This document shows positions 9,848 to 20,730 of a DNA stretch of 64,000 nucleotides, piece after piece. The stretch is from contig JBFMAF010000035.1 in NCBI GenBank assembly GCA_040755995.1, forward strand, positions 32,001-96,000, written 5' to 3'. Position numbers and translations under genes: made by a program. The notes under the pieces were generated by a model, which worked only from the letters and a program-made list of their open reading frames with translations, was not told where the DNA came from and did no database searches. How positions within the stretch are numbered: the stretch's first letter is position 1; every line of letters begins with the position of its first letter. The DNA is from Acidobacteriota bacterium. Its GTDB lineage: Bacteria; Acidobacteriota; CAIWXX01.

Positions 9848-10741
9848 TCAATCCGCCGTCGCAATTCGCGCCGCCAGCGCCTTGAGGTATCTCTCGCGCG
9901 AGCTCTTGTCCTCCACTTTCAGCACTCCGCATATGCAGTTCCCCTTCCTGAGGATGCCGATCTGACCATGATACGGATCCGCGAGCGTCAGCTCTGCTGC
10001 CGCGAGCATGTCAGTCTTCTCACCGAGGAACCGCGCGTACGCGCGAAGCATTTCATCGCAATCGTTCGCGTCGTTTCCCTGAATGATGAACAGCTGGAAT
10101 TCCTTGCCGCCGGCCGCGTAGTCGGCGGTGAAACCGCGATGGAGGAACTCGTAGCCCACGAAGTTCTTTGCGACATACCTCTCGGTGTGCGCTACCTTGC
10201 CTTCGGCCGGGAACCAGGCGAGAGGCGCGGGCAGCGAGCCGCCGCCGCCGAGGGCGGTTGCGGTCGCCTTCGCGAAAGCCATGAGCACGTCGCGCTCATT
10301 ACCGCCAATCTCGTAGCCGCTGATCTTGACGTAGGCATCCCCGAGCACGAAGTTCAGGATGGGCGGTTCCACATAGCCCTCGGCGCCGACATCAACGAAG
10401 CGCCCGTCCGACGGTCGCTCCTGGCTGTAGATCCCGAATGCATCATCGGGCGTTCGGTGCCGATAGACCTCCACGACGATCGAGGCGCCTTTCTCACCCT
10501 GGTATTCTGCGACCTGCAACTGCACAAAGTCGTAGCTCAGATAGAGCTCTGCGGCTCCGTCGATGTACTCGAACAGGTTGCCCGGGTGGAACGTCTTGAC
10601 CTCGCCGCCGGCTTTCCATCCACTCAGCTCGGGGAAGCGAAACCCCGCGGAACTCTGCGAGAGCCCGCGCGCCGGCCAGAACGACATCATGAAAAGAAGC
10701 GGCAGGATACCTGGGCAACGCACGAGCGACGATGTCTTCAT
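9848..10741 (-). CDS. DUF6599-like periplasmic protein
   Basis: Signal peptide; NLFEYIDGAAELYLSYDF, DAFGIYS motifs; precedes the AKR gene. Confidence 0.7.
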   Translation of the reverse strand: MKTSSLVRCPGILPLLFMMSFWPARGLSQSSAGFRFPELSGWKAGGEVKTFHPGNLFEYIDGAAELYLSYDFVQLQVAEYQGEKGASIVVEVYRHRTPDDAFGIYSQERPSDGRFVDVGAEGYVEPPILNFVLGDAYVKISGYEIGGNERDVLMAFAKATATALGGGGSLPAPLAWFPAEGKVAHTERYVAKNFVGYEFLHRGFTADYAAGGKEFQLFIIQGNDANDCDEMLRAYARFLGEKTDMLAAAELTLADPYHGQIGILRKGNCICGVLKVEDKSSRERYLKALAARIATAD

Positions 10742-10821
10742 AGCACTCTCCCTTCGCCAATGGCTCAACGCGAGTATATACGTAGTCGGGCGGGGCCTGG
10801 TTCTTCGGACGGCCGCCTCGC

Positions 10822-12033
10822 CTACTTGAACAATTCGACTCGGAAGAAGCCCCGCTTCCCGACCTTGATCTGCAGGGTGCGGGGGGCGCCGATGTCGAGG
10901 CGCATCAGCGGGTCCGAGATCCTTGCTCCGTCGATCGACACTCCGCCCTGTTCTATCAGCCGCCGGGCGTCAGCCTTGGACCTGGCGACGCTCAACTTCG
11001 CAAGCAGATCGATGAGTGCCGTGGCGCCCGGCTGGCATGGCCACCGGAGCTCGGTCATCTCTTCGGGGGTTCCCTTCTGCGCAAAGACCCGCTCGAACTC
11101 CTCCTCGGCCTGCCTCGCCGCTTCCCGCCCGCAATATCGTTCGGCGAGCTGCAGCGCGAGGTCCTGCTTTACGCGCTTGGGATGCCGTGTGCCATCCTGG
11201 ACGTCCAGCCTGAGCTGGCGTACGTCCTCGCTGCTCAGGTCCGTCAGCAGCTCGTAGTACTTGAACATGAGGTCGTCGGTGATGGACATGAGCTTCCCGT
11301 AGATCTCCCGAGCGGGCTCATTGATGCCGACGTAGTTGCCCAGCGACTTGCTCATCTTCTCCACACCGTCCGTCCCCTCCAGCAGTGGCAACGTGATCAC
11401 CACCTGGGGGCTCTGGCCGTACTCCCGTTGTATCTCCCGCCCCACGAGCAGGTTGAACTTCTGGTCGGTCCCGCCCATCTCGACGTCCGCCTGCAGCGCC
11501 ACGGAGTCATACGCCTGGGCGAGCGGGTAGAGTATTTCGTGGACGCTGATCGGAAGCCCTGCCTTCAGCCGTTTAGTAAAATCGTCCCGTTCCAGGATGC
11601 GCGCGACGGTGTACTTCGCGCACAGGCGGATGAGCTCCTCGCTCGTCAACGCTGAGAGCCAGCGGCTGTTGAAGTCGACAATCGTCCTCTCCGGGTCGAG
11701 GATCTTGAACACCTGGCTCTTGTATGTCTCGGCGTTCTGTGCGACTTCGTCGCGCGACATCGGCTTGCGGGTGACGTTGCGGCCGCTGGGGTCGCCGATG
11801 AGGCCCGTGAAGTCACCGATGAGGAAAACCACGCGGTGGCCGAGGTCCTGGAATTGCTTCATCTTCTGCAGGATGACGGTGTGGCCCAGGTGCAGATCCG
11901 GGGCGGTCGGATCGAAGCCCACCTTGACCGTGAGCGGCCTGTCTTCAAGCAGCTTCGCCTCGAGCTCCTCCTCCCGAATGATCTCCACGGCCCCCTTCTT
12001 GAGCAGCCTGAGTTGCTCCTGCGCTGACTTCAT
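10822..12033 (-). CDS. tyrS: Tyrosine--tRNA ligase
   Basis: [27 protein letters not shown]-terminal S4 domain. Confidence 0.98.
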   Translation of the reverse strand: MKSAQEQLRLLKKGAVEIIREEELEAKLLEDRPLTVKVGFDPTAPDLHLGHTVILQKMKQFQDLGHRVVFLIGDFTGLIGDPSGRNVTRKPMSRDEVAQNAETYKSQVFKILDPERTIVDFNSRWLSALTSEELIRLCAKYTVARILERDDFTKRLKAGLPISVHEILYPLAQAYDSVALQADVEMGGTDQKFNLLVGREIQREYGQSPQVVITLPLLEGTDGVEKMSKSLGNYVGINEPAREIYGKLMSITDDLMFKYYELLTDLSSEDVRQLRLDVQDGTRHPKRVKQDLALQLAERYCGREAARQAEEEFERVFAQKGTPEEMTELRWPCQPGATALIDLLAKLSVARSKADARRLIEQGGVSIDGARISDPLMRLDIGAPRTLQIKVGKRGFFRVELFK

Positions 12034-12152
12034 TCTTCCCTCGCGCCGCACATTATATCAACAAACGGTGGCAGGACCGCGACCTGGGTGACCGGCATGT
12101 TACCTGTTGTGGTCGCTTGTGGTCCGGCGCAGGATCACGCATACTACGGTTG

Positions 12153-12389
12153 ATGTCGATCGCCAAGAACACTCTCGCCTCCCCGATCCTGAACTTTGCG
12201 GCGCGCCTACGCTTCCCGTACCTCTTCTTACTGACGGCAGCCCTGTTCCTGGTAGATCTGTTCCTGCCCGACTTCATCCCGCTGGCGGACGAGATCATCC
12301 TGGGCCTGTTGACCCTGCTTTGGGGGTCCATCAAGAAGAAGCGGCTGACGGTGGGCACATCGCCGCCTGGCCAGACAACGCCCAGGTAG
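12153..12389 (+). CDS. Small membrane protein (DUF6116-like)
   Basis: RLRFPYLFLLTAALFLVDLFLPDFIPLADEIILGL pattern. Confidence 0.7.
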   Translation: MSIAKNTLASPILNFAARLRFPYLFLLTAALFLVDLFLPDFIPLADEIILGLLTLLWGSIKKKRLTVGTSPPGQTTPR

Positions 12390-12519
12390 CTTGTGTCCCT
12401 CCGGCAAGAGTGATTCTTGTTCAGGGGACGTGAGGCCTACGCTCTAAGCTCGGACGGGTAGTCCTGGCGTAGCTGCGCGACTTCCACCGAGAAGCCGACC
12501 CTCACGGCAAGCGCTTGCG

Positions 12520-14940
12520 CTACTCGTAGGTGAAGGTCCCCACGGTGGTTGAGGTGACGCTGGAGGTGACCTTCACGTCGACCGTGCCAGTGCCGGGAGG
12601 GCTGTCGCAAGTGATGACGTTCGGCTGGGTGAAGCGCACATTGGAGGCCACGGTTGCCCCGAATAGCACGTTGAACTGCGTACCGGATGTGCCGCTCGGT
12701 GCCAAGATCGTGACACGCGTGCCGCCCTGGGGAGGCCCGGAGGTCGGCTCGACGTTTCCTGATGCCGGCAGGACGATGAACTCGAAGCGGTTACTCCTCT
12801 TGCCGAGAACGTCGACGGTGACGTAGCCCGTTTGCACACCAGTCGGAACCGTAACCTTGATGCTCGTGTCGGACCAGGACTGGGCTACTCCCGAATTCAG
12901 CGCTCCGAAGAGCACTGTGCTTGTCCCCTGCACCGATCCGAAGCCGCTCCCGTTCACGGCGACCGTATCCCCGGCCTTTCCTGCTCCTGGCGAGAGCTGC
13001 TGGATCACCGGGCCTCCCTGCGATCCCTTCCGCGTGTATGAGAACACGCCGTGATCGGTCGCTATCAGGTATCTGTTGGGATCGGACGGATCGATCAGGA
13101 AGTCGTTGCTCCAGAGCGGTCCGAGCCCGGTCGAATCGAAATTGCTCCAGCTCTCGCCGTGGTCGGTGGAAACCCGAATCCCGCCCCAGGTACCGGTGAA
13201 CATCGTCATCGGATTCCTAGGATCCTGGGCGACAAACACGCCTCCCTCGCCTTTGCGAGTCCAGGTGATCCCGCCGTCAGTCGTCATGAATACCCTGTTA
13301 TCACCTGTCGCGAGCCACACAGTCTGGGATCCAGTGGAATCGAATTCGAGGTCAGACGGCCAGCCCATCGAAATGGTGTTGCACTTCTTCCATACCCCGC
13401 CGCCGTCCGTGCTCTTGTAGACCACGCTCTGCGTCCCGACGAAGAGCGTGGAACTGTTTCGCGGATCTATCGCGATGGCAGAGACGTTCTTGTCAGAAAG
13501 GCCGCGATTGATCAGGTCCCAGGTCTTGCCCCGATTGGTGCTCTTTGCGATCCCCAACGCGGCGATTCCTGTATCGGTCCACTTGGTGGGGGCCACGTAC
13601 ATCGTGTTCTCGCTTCTCGGGTCCAGGGCGATACATCTTCCAAAGAAGTAGTCGGCGCAAAATCTCCACGTCCGGCCGGCATCCTCGCTAACAGCTACGG
13701 TCCCCGGACCTCCGACCGCAGCAACCACCAGGTTGGCGTTTCGTGCATGGACCTGGACATCTCCCACCGCCGAAGCCTTCGAATCACCACTGCTGAGGGG
13801 GTTCAGGGTCCACGTGTTGCCCCCGTTTGTGCTCTCGTAGAGGATCCAGCCGTTGACCGCGAACATTCGGCCACCTTTCTTCTTCTGGGCCGCTATCCTA
13901 CTAACAGGGTTGGCGTCCAGCCCGTTGTTCACGAACGGCCAGGTCTTGCCCGCATTCTGTGAACGCAAGATGCCTTGCCCCAGCCCGCCCACGAACACCG
14001 TGTTGCTCTTCTTCGGATGTACCGCCACAACGGCCGTGTCGCTGCGAGGAGCGACGAGTAGCTGCGACCACGTCGTCCCTCCGTCGACGCTCTTGTACAC
14101 ATAATCCCAGCTCAGCGCGTACACGGTTTGCGTGTTGGCTGCGTCCAGGGAAACGCTGCGAACCGCCTGATCGAGGACTCTGGTCCAGTGATCCCCTGCA
14201 TCTGTCGTCTTGAACACGCCGGGATCGCCGGATGCGAATAGCGTTCGCGGGTTCTCGGGGTCTATCGTGAGGCCGTATTCCTCTATTTCAAAGTCGAGTC
14301 CATTCGTCACTTGCTTCCATGAATCACCGCCACTGGTAGAGCGGTACGCCTTGAGGCTCTGCAGCAGCACGTACACCCTCTTCCCATCCGTGGGATCGAC
14401 TTCGATCCGAGGTGGTCCGCCCCATCCGACAGGTGTCAGATCGAGCCCGGCGTTTTTGAGCGCCCAGGTCCTGCCTCCATCCGTGCTCTTGATCACGCCG
14501 CGACAGTATGTCACCGCGTACAGGGTCTGTGGGTTCTTCGGATCGAACTCGAAATCCGAGAAATCCGAGCCGATGTCAGACGCCGGCGCGCAGATCTCAG
14601 TCCAGCTCCTGCCGCGGTCGGTGCTGGTGTACACGGCGTTGGCGGCGGCGATGATTCGCCCTGGATCGCTGGGATGGATCCTGAGAACGGCTGTGGGCCC
14701 GGTATTCCAGAGGCTCAGTCGCTCCCAGCTCGTCCCGCCATTCCTGCTCCGGAACAGCCCCGTCTCAGAGCTCGCGTAGATCATATTGCTCGCGCGCGGG
14801 TCGAAGCAGAAACCCCAGAACGTCCCGCCGTACGGCCCGTTCGAGGTCCACTTGTTGTCGCCGGCGGGGCTCGATGAGCACGTGCCCAACAGCAGCGCGG
14901 CAAAAATCACTACATGCGTGGAAAAATCTCGTCTGAACAT
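12520..14940 (-). CDS. Secreted BNR/Asp-box (VPS10/GH74-like) beta-propeller protein with two C-terminal IPT/TIG domains
   Basis: SD AGGAGG before ATG 14940; signal peptide; more than 10 S/TxDGGxTW Asp-boxes; GPVIQQLSPGAG and EPTSGPPQGGTRVTI IPT starts. Confidence 0.85.
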   Translation of the reverse strand: MFRRDFSTHVVIFAALLLGTCSSSPAGDNKWTSNGPYGGTFWGFCFDPRASNMIYASSETGLFRSRNGGTSWERLSLWNTGPTAVLRIHPSDPGRIIAAANAVYTSTDRGRSWTEICAPASDIGSDFSDFEFDPKNPQTLYAVTYCRGVIKSTDGGRTWALKNAGLDLTPVGWGGPPRIEVDPTDGKRVYVLLQSLKAYRSTSGGDSWKQVTNGLDFEIEEYGLTIDPENPRTLFASGDPGVFKTTDAGDHWTRVLDQAVRSVSLDAANTQTVYALSWDYVYKSVDGGTTWSQLLVAPRSDTAVVAVHPKKSNTVFVGGLGQGILRSQNAGKTWPFVNNGLDANPVSRIAAQKKKGGRMFAVNGWILYESTNGGNTWTLNPLSSGDSKASAVGDVQVHARNANLVVAAVGGPGTVAVSEDAGRTWRFCADYFFGRCIALDPRSENTMYVAPTKWTDTGIAALGIAKSTNRGKTWDLINRGLSDKNVSAIAIDPRNSSTLFVGTQSVVYKSTDGGGVWKKCNTISMGWPSDLEFDSTGSQTVWLATGDNRVFMTTDGGITWTRKGEGGVFVAQDPRNPMTMFTGTWGGIRVSTDHGESWSNFDSTGLGPLWSNDFLIDPSDPNRYLIATDHGVFSYTRKGSQGGPVIQQLSPGAGKAGDTVAVNGSGFGSVQGTSTVLFGALNSGVAQSWSDTSIKVTVPTGVQTGYVTVDVLGKRSNRFEFIVLPASGNVEPTSGPPQGGTRVTILAPSGTSGTQFNVLFGATVASNVRFTQPNVITCDSPPGTGTVDVKVTSSVTSTTVGTFTYE

Positions 14941-14971
14941 GAGAACCTCCTTCTGGCATAGCGTGTCCGAA

Positions 14972-14989
14972 TTACTACTGCAGTAGTAA
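14972..14989. promoter_or_regulatory. Perfect 18-bp palindromic operator
   Basis: TTACTACTG|CAGTAGTAA about 30 bp upstream of the beta-propeller start codon. Confidence 0.6.
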
Positions 14990-15224
14990 CATCTGTGTCC
15001 GGACGGAGGCGCATGCACCCATCCTCCGTTGCGGGGGACGGAGGAAGGGGCGTTTGAAGGGAAAGTTGTCGGGATCGGCGCTTGATCACGGCCAGAAGAT
15101 AAGCCAGAGGTCCCATTAGGTCAAGTGTTCCTGAAAGCGGCGTAGAGCTCTCTCGCGAGAGCCGCCTCCGCGCGGAGCCGCGCTCAGTCCTTGTCCGATT
15201 CAGCCTACCCCATGCAGACGGGCG

Positions 15225-16745
15225 TCAGGGGTTGAGCGGCGCGCCCAAAGCTGCGTGTGGGTCCTTCTGATAGATCGCAAGATTGCTCAGGCGGAGCGCC
15301 GGCTTGAATCCTCGCAGGAAGTTCGGGTTCTCCACCCTGACCTGATCCAGCGCGTCTTTGTCCTCCACAACGATCCAATCGACGACGTCAGCGGGTCTGG
15401 ACAGGGCTCTGTCCCATGTGGCGTAGACGCCTTCGTGGACGGTGTAGCGAAGCGGGATTCCCCAGTCGTGCAGAAACGGCGCCAGCCAGCCCATCGAGAT
15501 AAGGACGGGCCTGCCGTCGTAGTGCCGGTTCATGAACTCGATCGCCTGCTCCCGCTCGTTGATCTCCGGCACGTGATAGGTCGCCTCCTTCAGCAGCCTC
15601 TGGCGCTTCGGCGAGGCGTAAACGGCGTTTGCGACGAGGAGCGCGACCAGCAGGGCCTTCGCCCAATGGCGAGGCCGGGCCGGCCACCATACGGTCGCGA
15701 ATGCAGCAATCGCCGGCACCATCACGACGCTGTATCGCACGCGATACGGATGCCCGTTGAAATACGCGAAGACGAAAAGCGGGATGGGATGAAGCAGCGC
15801 GTAGGCGGCGAGGTACGGCGGCTTGAAGCGCTTGAGGGTGAAAAAGATCGCGATGCCCAAAGCTGCCGCCCAGTAGACCAGCCGCCCCGAGAGATCGCCG
15901 GCGCACTGGACATAGATCCGGAAGCTCTTGAACAGATCACCGCTGGAGTATGGGTCGAGCGGTCTCGCGTCCTTCTGCTGCGGGAACGGCGTGCCCGTTA
16001 CGTAGAAGGCGTAGCTTTGAAACGAGATGATGCCGAGGCTGGAGATCAACAGGAACACGACGAGGTATTTCCTCTTGACGCTCCAGGGCTGCCTGCACTG
16101 CAACAGATACAGAACGAACATGACGTTCATCCCGGCCCAGAGCGACCAGCCGTCGTAGCGGACGAGGGTCGCCAGCGCGATTGCGGCGGATGCGCCGGCG
16201 AGGTCGCGGCGGTCTTCCGTCAACGTGAAGCGAGCGAAGAAATAGCTCCCGCCGAGAAAGAGAAAGAAGTAGAGGGACTCGGTGAGCGGTGTGGCCTGGA
16301 CGTACAGTACGGCCGGTGTGGTGACGAATATCGCCGCGGCGGCGGCCGCAATGAACGCGTCGCTCCGCAGAATGAACATTAGGCGGTACAGGAAGAACGC
16401 GGCGCCGGCGAAGAAGGCAACCGACAGGAGCGAGGAGAGGATCCCCGTACGATAGAGCACATCGCTCGTGACCAGCGGAAGGTTGATCAAGGTTGGCAGC
16501 GGGAGCCAGTAGAGGCCCATCTGCTGTATTCCTGGCGTGGCGTTGTCGAAGATGCGTCGTGCAACCAGCAGCCGTGCCTTGGCGTCGTAATGGACCATGG
16601 TCAGGTCATGCTGGTAGTAGTAGGCGAAGAAGGCGAGGCCGATCGCAGCCGCGCCGGCCAGCACCAGCCAGGGCATGTATCGATTGATCTGGAAGGCGGA
16701 GTCGATCCGCGGATGGCCCGAGTTCGTGTCCGTTTGTCTGTCCAC
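15225..16745 (-). CDS. GT-C fold (GT39/ArnT-like) membrane glycosyltransferase
   Basis: HYDAKARL, WLPLP, TPLTES, LVRYDGW; multi-TM; GTG 16745 after GGGAG. Confidence 0.8.
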   Translation of the reverse strand: MDRQTDTNSGHPRIDSAFQINRYMPWLVLAGAAAIGLAFFAYYYQHDLTMVHYDAKARLLVARRIFDNATPGIQQMGLYWLPLPTLINLPLVTSDVLYRTGILSSLLSVAFFAGAAFFLYRLMFILRSDAFIAAAAAAIFVTTPAVLYVQATPLTESLYFFLFLGGSYFFARFTLTEDRRDLAGASAAIALATLVRYDGWSLWAGMNVMFVLYLLQCRQPWSVKRKYLVVFLLISSLGIISFQSYAFYVTGTPFPQQKDARPLDPYSSGDLFKSFRIYVQCAGDLSGRLVYWAAALGIAIFFTLKRFKPPYLAAYALLHPIPLFVFAYFNGHPYRVRYSVVMVPAIAAFATVWWPARPRHWAKALLVALLVANAVYASPKRQRLLKEATYHVPEINEREQAIEFMNRHYDGRPVLISMGWLAPFLHDWGIPLRYTVHEGVYATWDRALSRPADVVDWIVVEDKDALDQVRVENPNFLRGFKPALRLSNLAIYQKDPHAALGAPLNP

Positions 16746-16780
16746 ACTTCTCCCCGCCGGCCAAGCTCTACGGCCGGCCC

Positions 16781-18976
16781 TCAGCGTGCAGCGTAGTGTC
16801 CACCGTACGCCTCCACCTGAGACTCGATCCCCAGCACTCGTGTGAGGAACGCCCAACGATCGGCAGTCTCCTCGATGAGCTTCGTCGTGGACTTGCCGGC
16901 GCCGTGGCCCGCCTTAGTCTCGATTCGGATCAGCACGGGTGCTTGGCCCGCCTGCGCCGCCTGCAGCGCCGCGGCGAACTTGAAGCTGTGGGCCGGAACG
17001 ACTCGATCGTCGTGATCGGAGGTGGTGATGAGGGTCGCAGGATAGGACGTGTCCGGCTTGATTCTGTGCAGCGGAGAATATGCGTAGAGCGCCTTGAACT
17101 CCGAGGGGTCGTCCGACGACCCGTAGTCCGACGTCCAGGCCCAGCCGATGGTGTACTTGTGGAAGCGGAGCATATCCATCACGCCGACCGCGGGCAGCGC
17201 TGCGCCGAACAGGTCGGGGCGCTGTGTCATGCAGGCACCCACGAGAAGCCCTCCGTTGCTCCCGCCTCCAATCGCCAGCCGCGCACTGGATGTGTACTTG
17301 TTGGCGATCAGGTACTCTGCCGCCGCGATGAAATCGTCAAAGACGTTTTGCTTGCCGAGCATGGTGCCGGCCCTGTGCCACTCCTCGCCGTACTCGCCTC
17401 CGCCCCGCAGATTCGGCACGGCCAGAACGCCTCCCATCTCCAGCCAGACCATGTTCGCGACGCTGAAGAACGGCGCCATCGAGATGTTGAAACCGCCGTA
17501 CCCGTAGAGGTAGGTCGGGTTGTTCCCGTCCAGCCGTAGTCCCTTGCGGCTGGTGATGAACATCGGGATCCGCGTTCCGTCTTCGCCCCGATAGAAGACC
17601 TGCGAGGTCTCGAAGTCCTGCACACGGATGTCGGGCCGTGGCGAGTGAAGAACATCGAGTCTGCCGGTGGGCACATCGCAGCGATAGATGGTCTGAGGAG
17701 AGACGAAACTCTCGAACGAGAAGAATATCTCCCGGTCTTTGCGCCTGCCTTCGATGTCCTCGACGCTCCCGATAGCGGGCAGCTCCAACCGTCGAACCAG
17801 GCCGCCCTGCAGATCAAACGTCCTGATCTCGGAGCTGGCGTCCTTCAGATACTCGACGACGAACGTATCGCCTATGAGGGTGACCGACTCGATCGGCTCC
17901 TCCGCCTGCGGCACCAGCTCCTTCCATTCCGAAGGCTCCGGTGATCTCGTATCGATCGCGACGATGCGGCCTCGCGGCGCGTCGAGGTCGGTCCTGAAAT
18001 AGAGCACCGGCCCGGCGTTGTCTATGAAATCGTATAGGGCGTCGAAGCCGGCCCGCAGCTCGATGAATGCGTTGTCCTTTCTGCCGAGATCCTTGTACAA
18101 GACGGCGTTTGCCGGCCCGGTGTCCCTGTAAACGCCGAGGACCAGATAGCGCCCGTCATCGGTGACCGCCGCTGAGAACATGTACTCCTTTTGGTCCCGC
18201 CGCTCGTACACGAGATCGTCTTCGCTCTGCGACGTGCCGACCTTGTGGAAGAACACCTTCTGGTAGTAGTTGACCCCCTCGTACTCCTCCCCCGTTCTCG
18301 GTTCGTCGTACCGGCTGTAGTAGAACCCCTTCCCGTCAGGCGTCCACGAGGCTCCCGAGAACTTGATCCACTCGATACGATCCGGCAGGTCTTTGCCTGT
18401 CTCGACGTCTCGTAACTTCCATTCTTCCCAGTCCGATCCCGACGTGGAGAGACCGTATGCCAGCAAGCTGCCGTCCTCTGACGGAGATACGCCGGCGAGC
18501 GCGACCGTGCCGTCGGGCGAGAGGGTGTTGGGATCGAGGAGTACCCGCGGAGCTCCGTCGAGCCCTTCCGAGACGTAGAGCGCGCTCTGGTTCTGCAGGC
18601 CGTCATTCTTGAGACAGAAGTAGCGATTCCCGCGCTTCTGCGGCACGCCGTACCGTTCGAAGTTCCAGATCTCGTTCAGGCGTCTCCGAATCCGGCCGCG
18701 TGATGGGACGGCGCCGATGTACTTCGACGTCAGCGCGTTCTCAGCCTCTATCCATGCCCGGCTCTCTGCGGAATCCGGGTCCTCCAGCCAGCGATATGGA
18801 TCCGCCACCCTCACGCCGTGATATACGTCCACCTGATCGCACTTCCGAGCCTTGGGATAGGCCGGGCGCGCGTCGGTCGTGTCCGGCGAGACTCCGCCGG
18901 CTCCCGCCGCCGTCTGTAGACTCAGGGAAAAACAGGCGACAACCGCCAACGATCCTCTCACGTTCACCGCGCGCAT
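16781..18976 (-). CDS. Prolyl oligopeptidase (S9A), exported
   Basis: DPYRWLED, RGGGEYG, GGSNGG catalytic Ser, DHDDRV, AGHG; SD AAGGAGG. Confidence 0.95.
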   Translation of the reverse strand: MRAVNVRGSLAVVACFSLSLQTAAGAGGVSPDTTDARPAYPKARKCDQVDVYHGVRVADPYRWLEDPDSAESRAWIEAENALTSKYIGAVPSRGRIRRRLNEIWNFERYGVPQKRGNRYFCLKNDGLQNQSALYVSEGLDGAPRVLLDPNTLSPDGTVALAGVSPSEDGSLLAYGLSTSGSDWEEWKLRDVETGKDLPDRIEWIKFSGASWTPDGKGFYYSRYDEPRTGEEYEGVNYYQKVFFHKVGTSQSEDDLVYERRDQKEYMFSAAVTDDGRYLVLGVYRDTGPANAVLYKDLGRKDNAFIELRAGFDALYDFIDNAGPVLYFRTDLDAPRGRIVAIDTRSPEPSEWKELVPQAEEPIESVTLIGDTFVVEYLKDASSEIRTFDLQGGLVRRLELPAIGSVEDIEGRRKDREIFFSFESFVSPQTIYRCDVPTGRLDVLHSPRPDIRVQDFETSQVFYRGEDGTRIPMFITSRKGLRLDGNNPTYLYGYGGFNISMAPFFSVANMVWLEMGGVLAVPNLRGGGEYGEEWHRAGTMLGKQNVFDDFIAAAEYLIANKYTSSARLAIGGGSNGGLLVGACMTQRPDLFGAALPAVGVMDMLRFHKYTIGWAWTSDYGSSDDPSEFKALYAYSPLHRIKPDTSYPATLITTSDHDDRVVPAHSFKFAAALQAAQAGQAPVLIRIETKAGHGAGKSTTKLIEETADRWAFLTRVLGIESQVEAYGGHYAAR

Positions 18977-19077
18977 GGCGATCTCCTCCTTCAGACAAGG
19001 GGCTAGTATACTGCTGGGCCGCAGCATTGACCACTGCGACCCCAGCCTCCGTAATTCCCCAGCATCGCCAGTGCTTT

Positions 19078-19113
19078 CGTGAACGTCGACGTCGAGGTGA
19101 ACGTGAACGAATC
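19078..19113. repeat. Degenerate 6-bp tandem array (CGTSRA)
   Basis: cgtgaa cgtcga cgtcga ggtgaa cgtgaa cgaatc, just downstream of the der stop. Confidence 0.7.
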
Positions 19114-19125
19114 CTCGTCCGGGGA

Positions 19126-20433
19126 CTACTCGGAGCGCCGGATATCAGCCTTCAGCACGATGCGCACGGGGGAATGCAGCAGCCCGAAGCGGCGCCGGAT
19201 ATGGTTTTCCAGCATCTTCCGGTAGGCCGGCTGGAACTGGGTCTTCCGCTTCGCGAAGAGCTGGACGCAAGCGGGCAGCCTGCCGATCTGCACGCCGTAC
19301 TTGATCGCACACTGGCGACCGTCGGCGAACAACGGGGACCGCATCTCGAAGAAGCTCTCGAGAAACCGATTCAGGTCCGCGGTCCGGAGCTCCCGCGAGC
19401 CCTCCGCCACCAGCTCCTTCACGGCCTTGAGGATGCGGTCAGTGCCGTACCCGGTGAGCGCGGAAATGAAGAGCACGCGTGCCCACGGCAGCTCCTTCAT
19501 AGCATCGTGCACCTGCTTTTCGGCGCGAGCGCGGTTGAACGATGGCGCGAGGTCGATCTTGTTCACGACGACCAGCACGGATCGCGCGTGGTCCGACGCC
19601 TCCGATGCCAGGTACCGGTCGTGGGCGCTGATGCCTCCCGCGCTGTCCAGCATGAGGACCGTGCAGTCCGCCCTCGGTATCGTGTTCCGTGCAGCGATTA
19701 CAGCTATGATCTCCTGCGAATCGTCGATCTTGGTCTTGCGCCGGATCCCGGCCGTGTCGAGTATTCGAAAGCGTTGCCCGTGCGATTCGAGCTCGGCGTC
19801 GACACAATCGCGCGTCGTTCCCGGCAGCGCGCTGACGGATGCTCGTTCGTAGCCGAGCAGCCGGTTGAGCAGAGTCGACTTGCCGCTGTTCGGCCTGCCG
19901 ACGATCGCGATGGTGACGGCGTCAGATACGGCGACTTCAGCGCGCGGTTCCTCAGGCAGGCTCTGGAGGATCCGTGCGACCAGCTCGTCCACACCTCTCC
20001 CGTGCATCGCCGAGACAGCCAGCGTCTCAACCCCAAGCTCGGCGAAGCCTGCGAGTTTGAGCTCTCGTGCATCTGAATCCATCTTGTTCACGGCCACGAT
20101 GAACGGCTTTCTCTTTCGAATGCCACGGACCAGATCGACGTCCGGTGGGCGCAGCCCCTCATTCCCGTCCAGCAGCACGACCACAAGATCCGACTCTGCG
20201 AGGGCCAGACCGACCTGGCGCTGGATGGCCCGCTGAAGCTCGTCGTGCGCCTCGGCGACTCCGCCCGTGTCGATCACCAGAAACTCGCACCCTTCCGTCT
20301 CGACCACCCCATAGAGCCGGTCGCGCGTCATCCCGGCCTCTCGATGGACCAGCGCGCGCCTTCTACCTGTGAGGCGATTGAAGAGAGTCGACTTGCCGCT
20401 ATTCGGCAGACCGACGATCGCGACTTTCTTCAC
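19126..20433 (-). CDS. der: Ribosome biogenesis GTPase Der (EngA)
   Basis: Two G domains (GLPNSGKS/DTGG/NKMD; GRPNSGKS/DTAG/NKID) plus KH-like C-terminus. Confidence 0.95.
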   Translation of the reverse strand: MKKVAIVGLPNSGKSTLFNRLTGRRRALVHREAGMTRDRLYGVVETEGCEFLVIDTGGVAEAHDELQRAIQRQVGLALAESDLVVVLLDGNEGLRPPDVDLVRGIRKRKPFIVAVNKMDSDARELKLAGFAELGVETLAVSAMHGRGVDELVARILQSLPEEPRAEVAVSDAVTIAIVGRPNSGKSTLLNRLLGYERASVSALPGTTRDCVDAELESHGQRFRILDTAGIRRKTKIDDSQEIIAVIAARNTIPRADCTVLMLDSAGGISAHDRYLASEASDHARSVLVVVNKIDLAPSFNRARAEKQVHDAMKELPWARVLFISALTGYGTDRILKAVKELVAEGSRELRTADLNRFLESFFEMRSPLFADGRQCAIKYGVQIGRLPACVQLFAKRKTQFQPAYRKMLENHIRRRFGLLHSPVRIVLKADIRRSE

Positions 20434-20730
20434 GACGGCATCTCCTGGTAATCGAGAGCATGGCGCTGCACGCAAATCCAGCTCATTCTACGCCATATTG
20501 TCCTGCTGGCCGCAGACATCTGGGCATTGGCGAGGCATCTGTGGATTCTGCCGACAACTGACAATTTCGCGAACCCCGCCTTCGTGGCGTACCATACGCC
20601 GTCACAAGATACCATATGGTGCAACTGGGACGTGTTGTGGAGTCCGGGGACCAGCCCGTCGGCCCGCCGACGCGGAGTTGACGGAAAGCCCCGGCTGCGA
20701 ATAGTCTCTGCGATATCGAGGAGACCTGAT

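Noticed and set aside
12507..12523. GCAAGCGCTTGC-GCTAC (and 21431-21450) as GTAG-type REP elements
   Set aside because: Single dissimilar copies and no RAYT transposase in the window; cannot be supported as a family
20611..20620. ACCATATGGT palindrome as an NrdR-like box
   Set aside because: Only 10 bp, a partial match, and no nucleotide-reduction gene nearby
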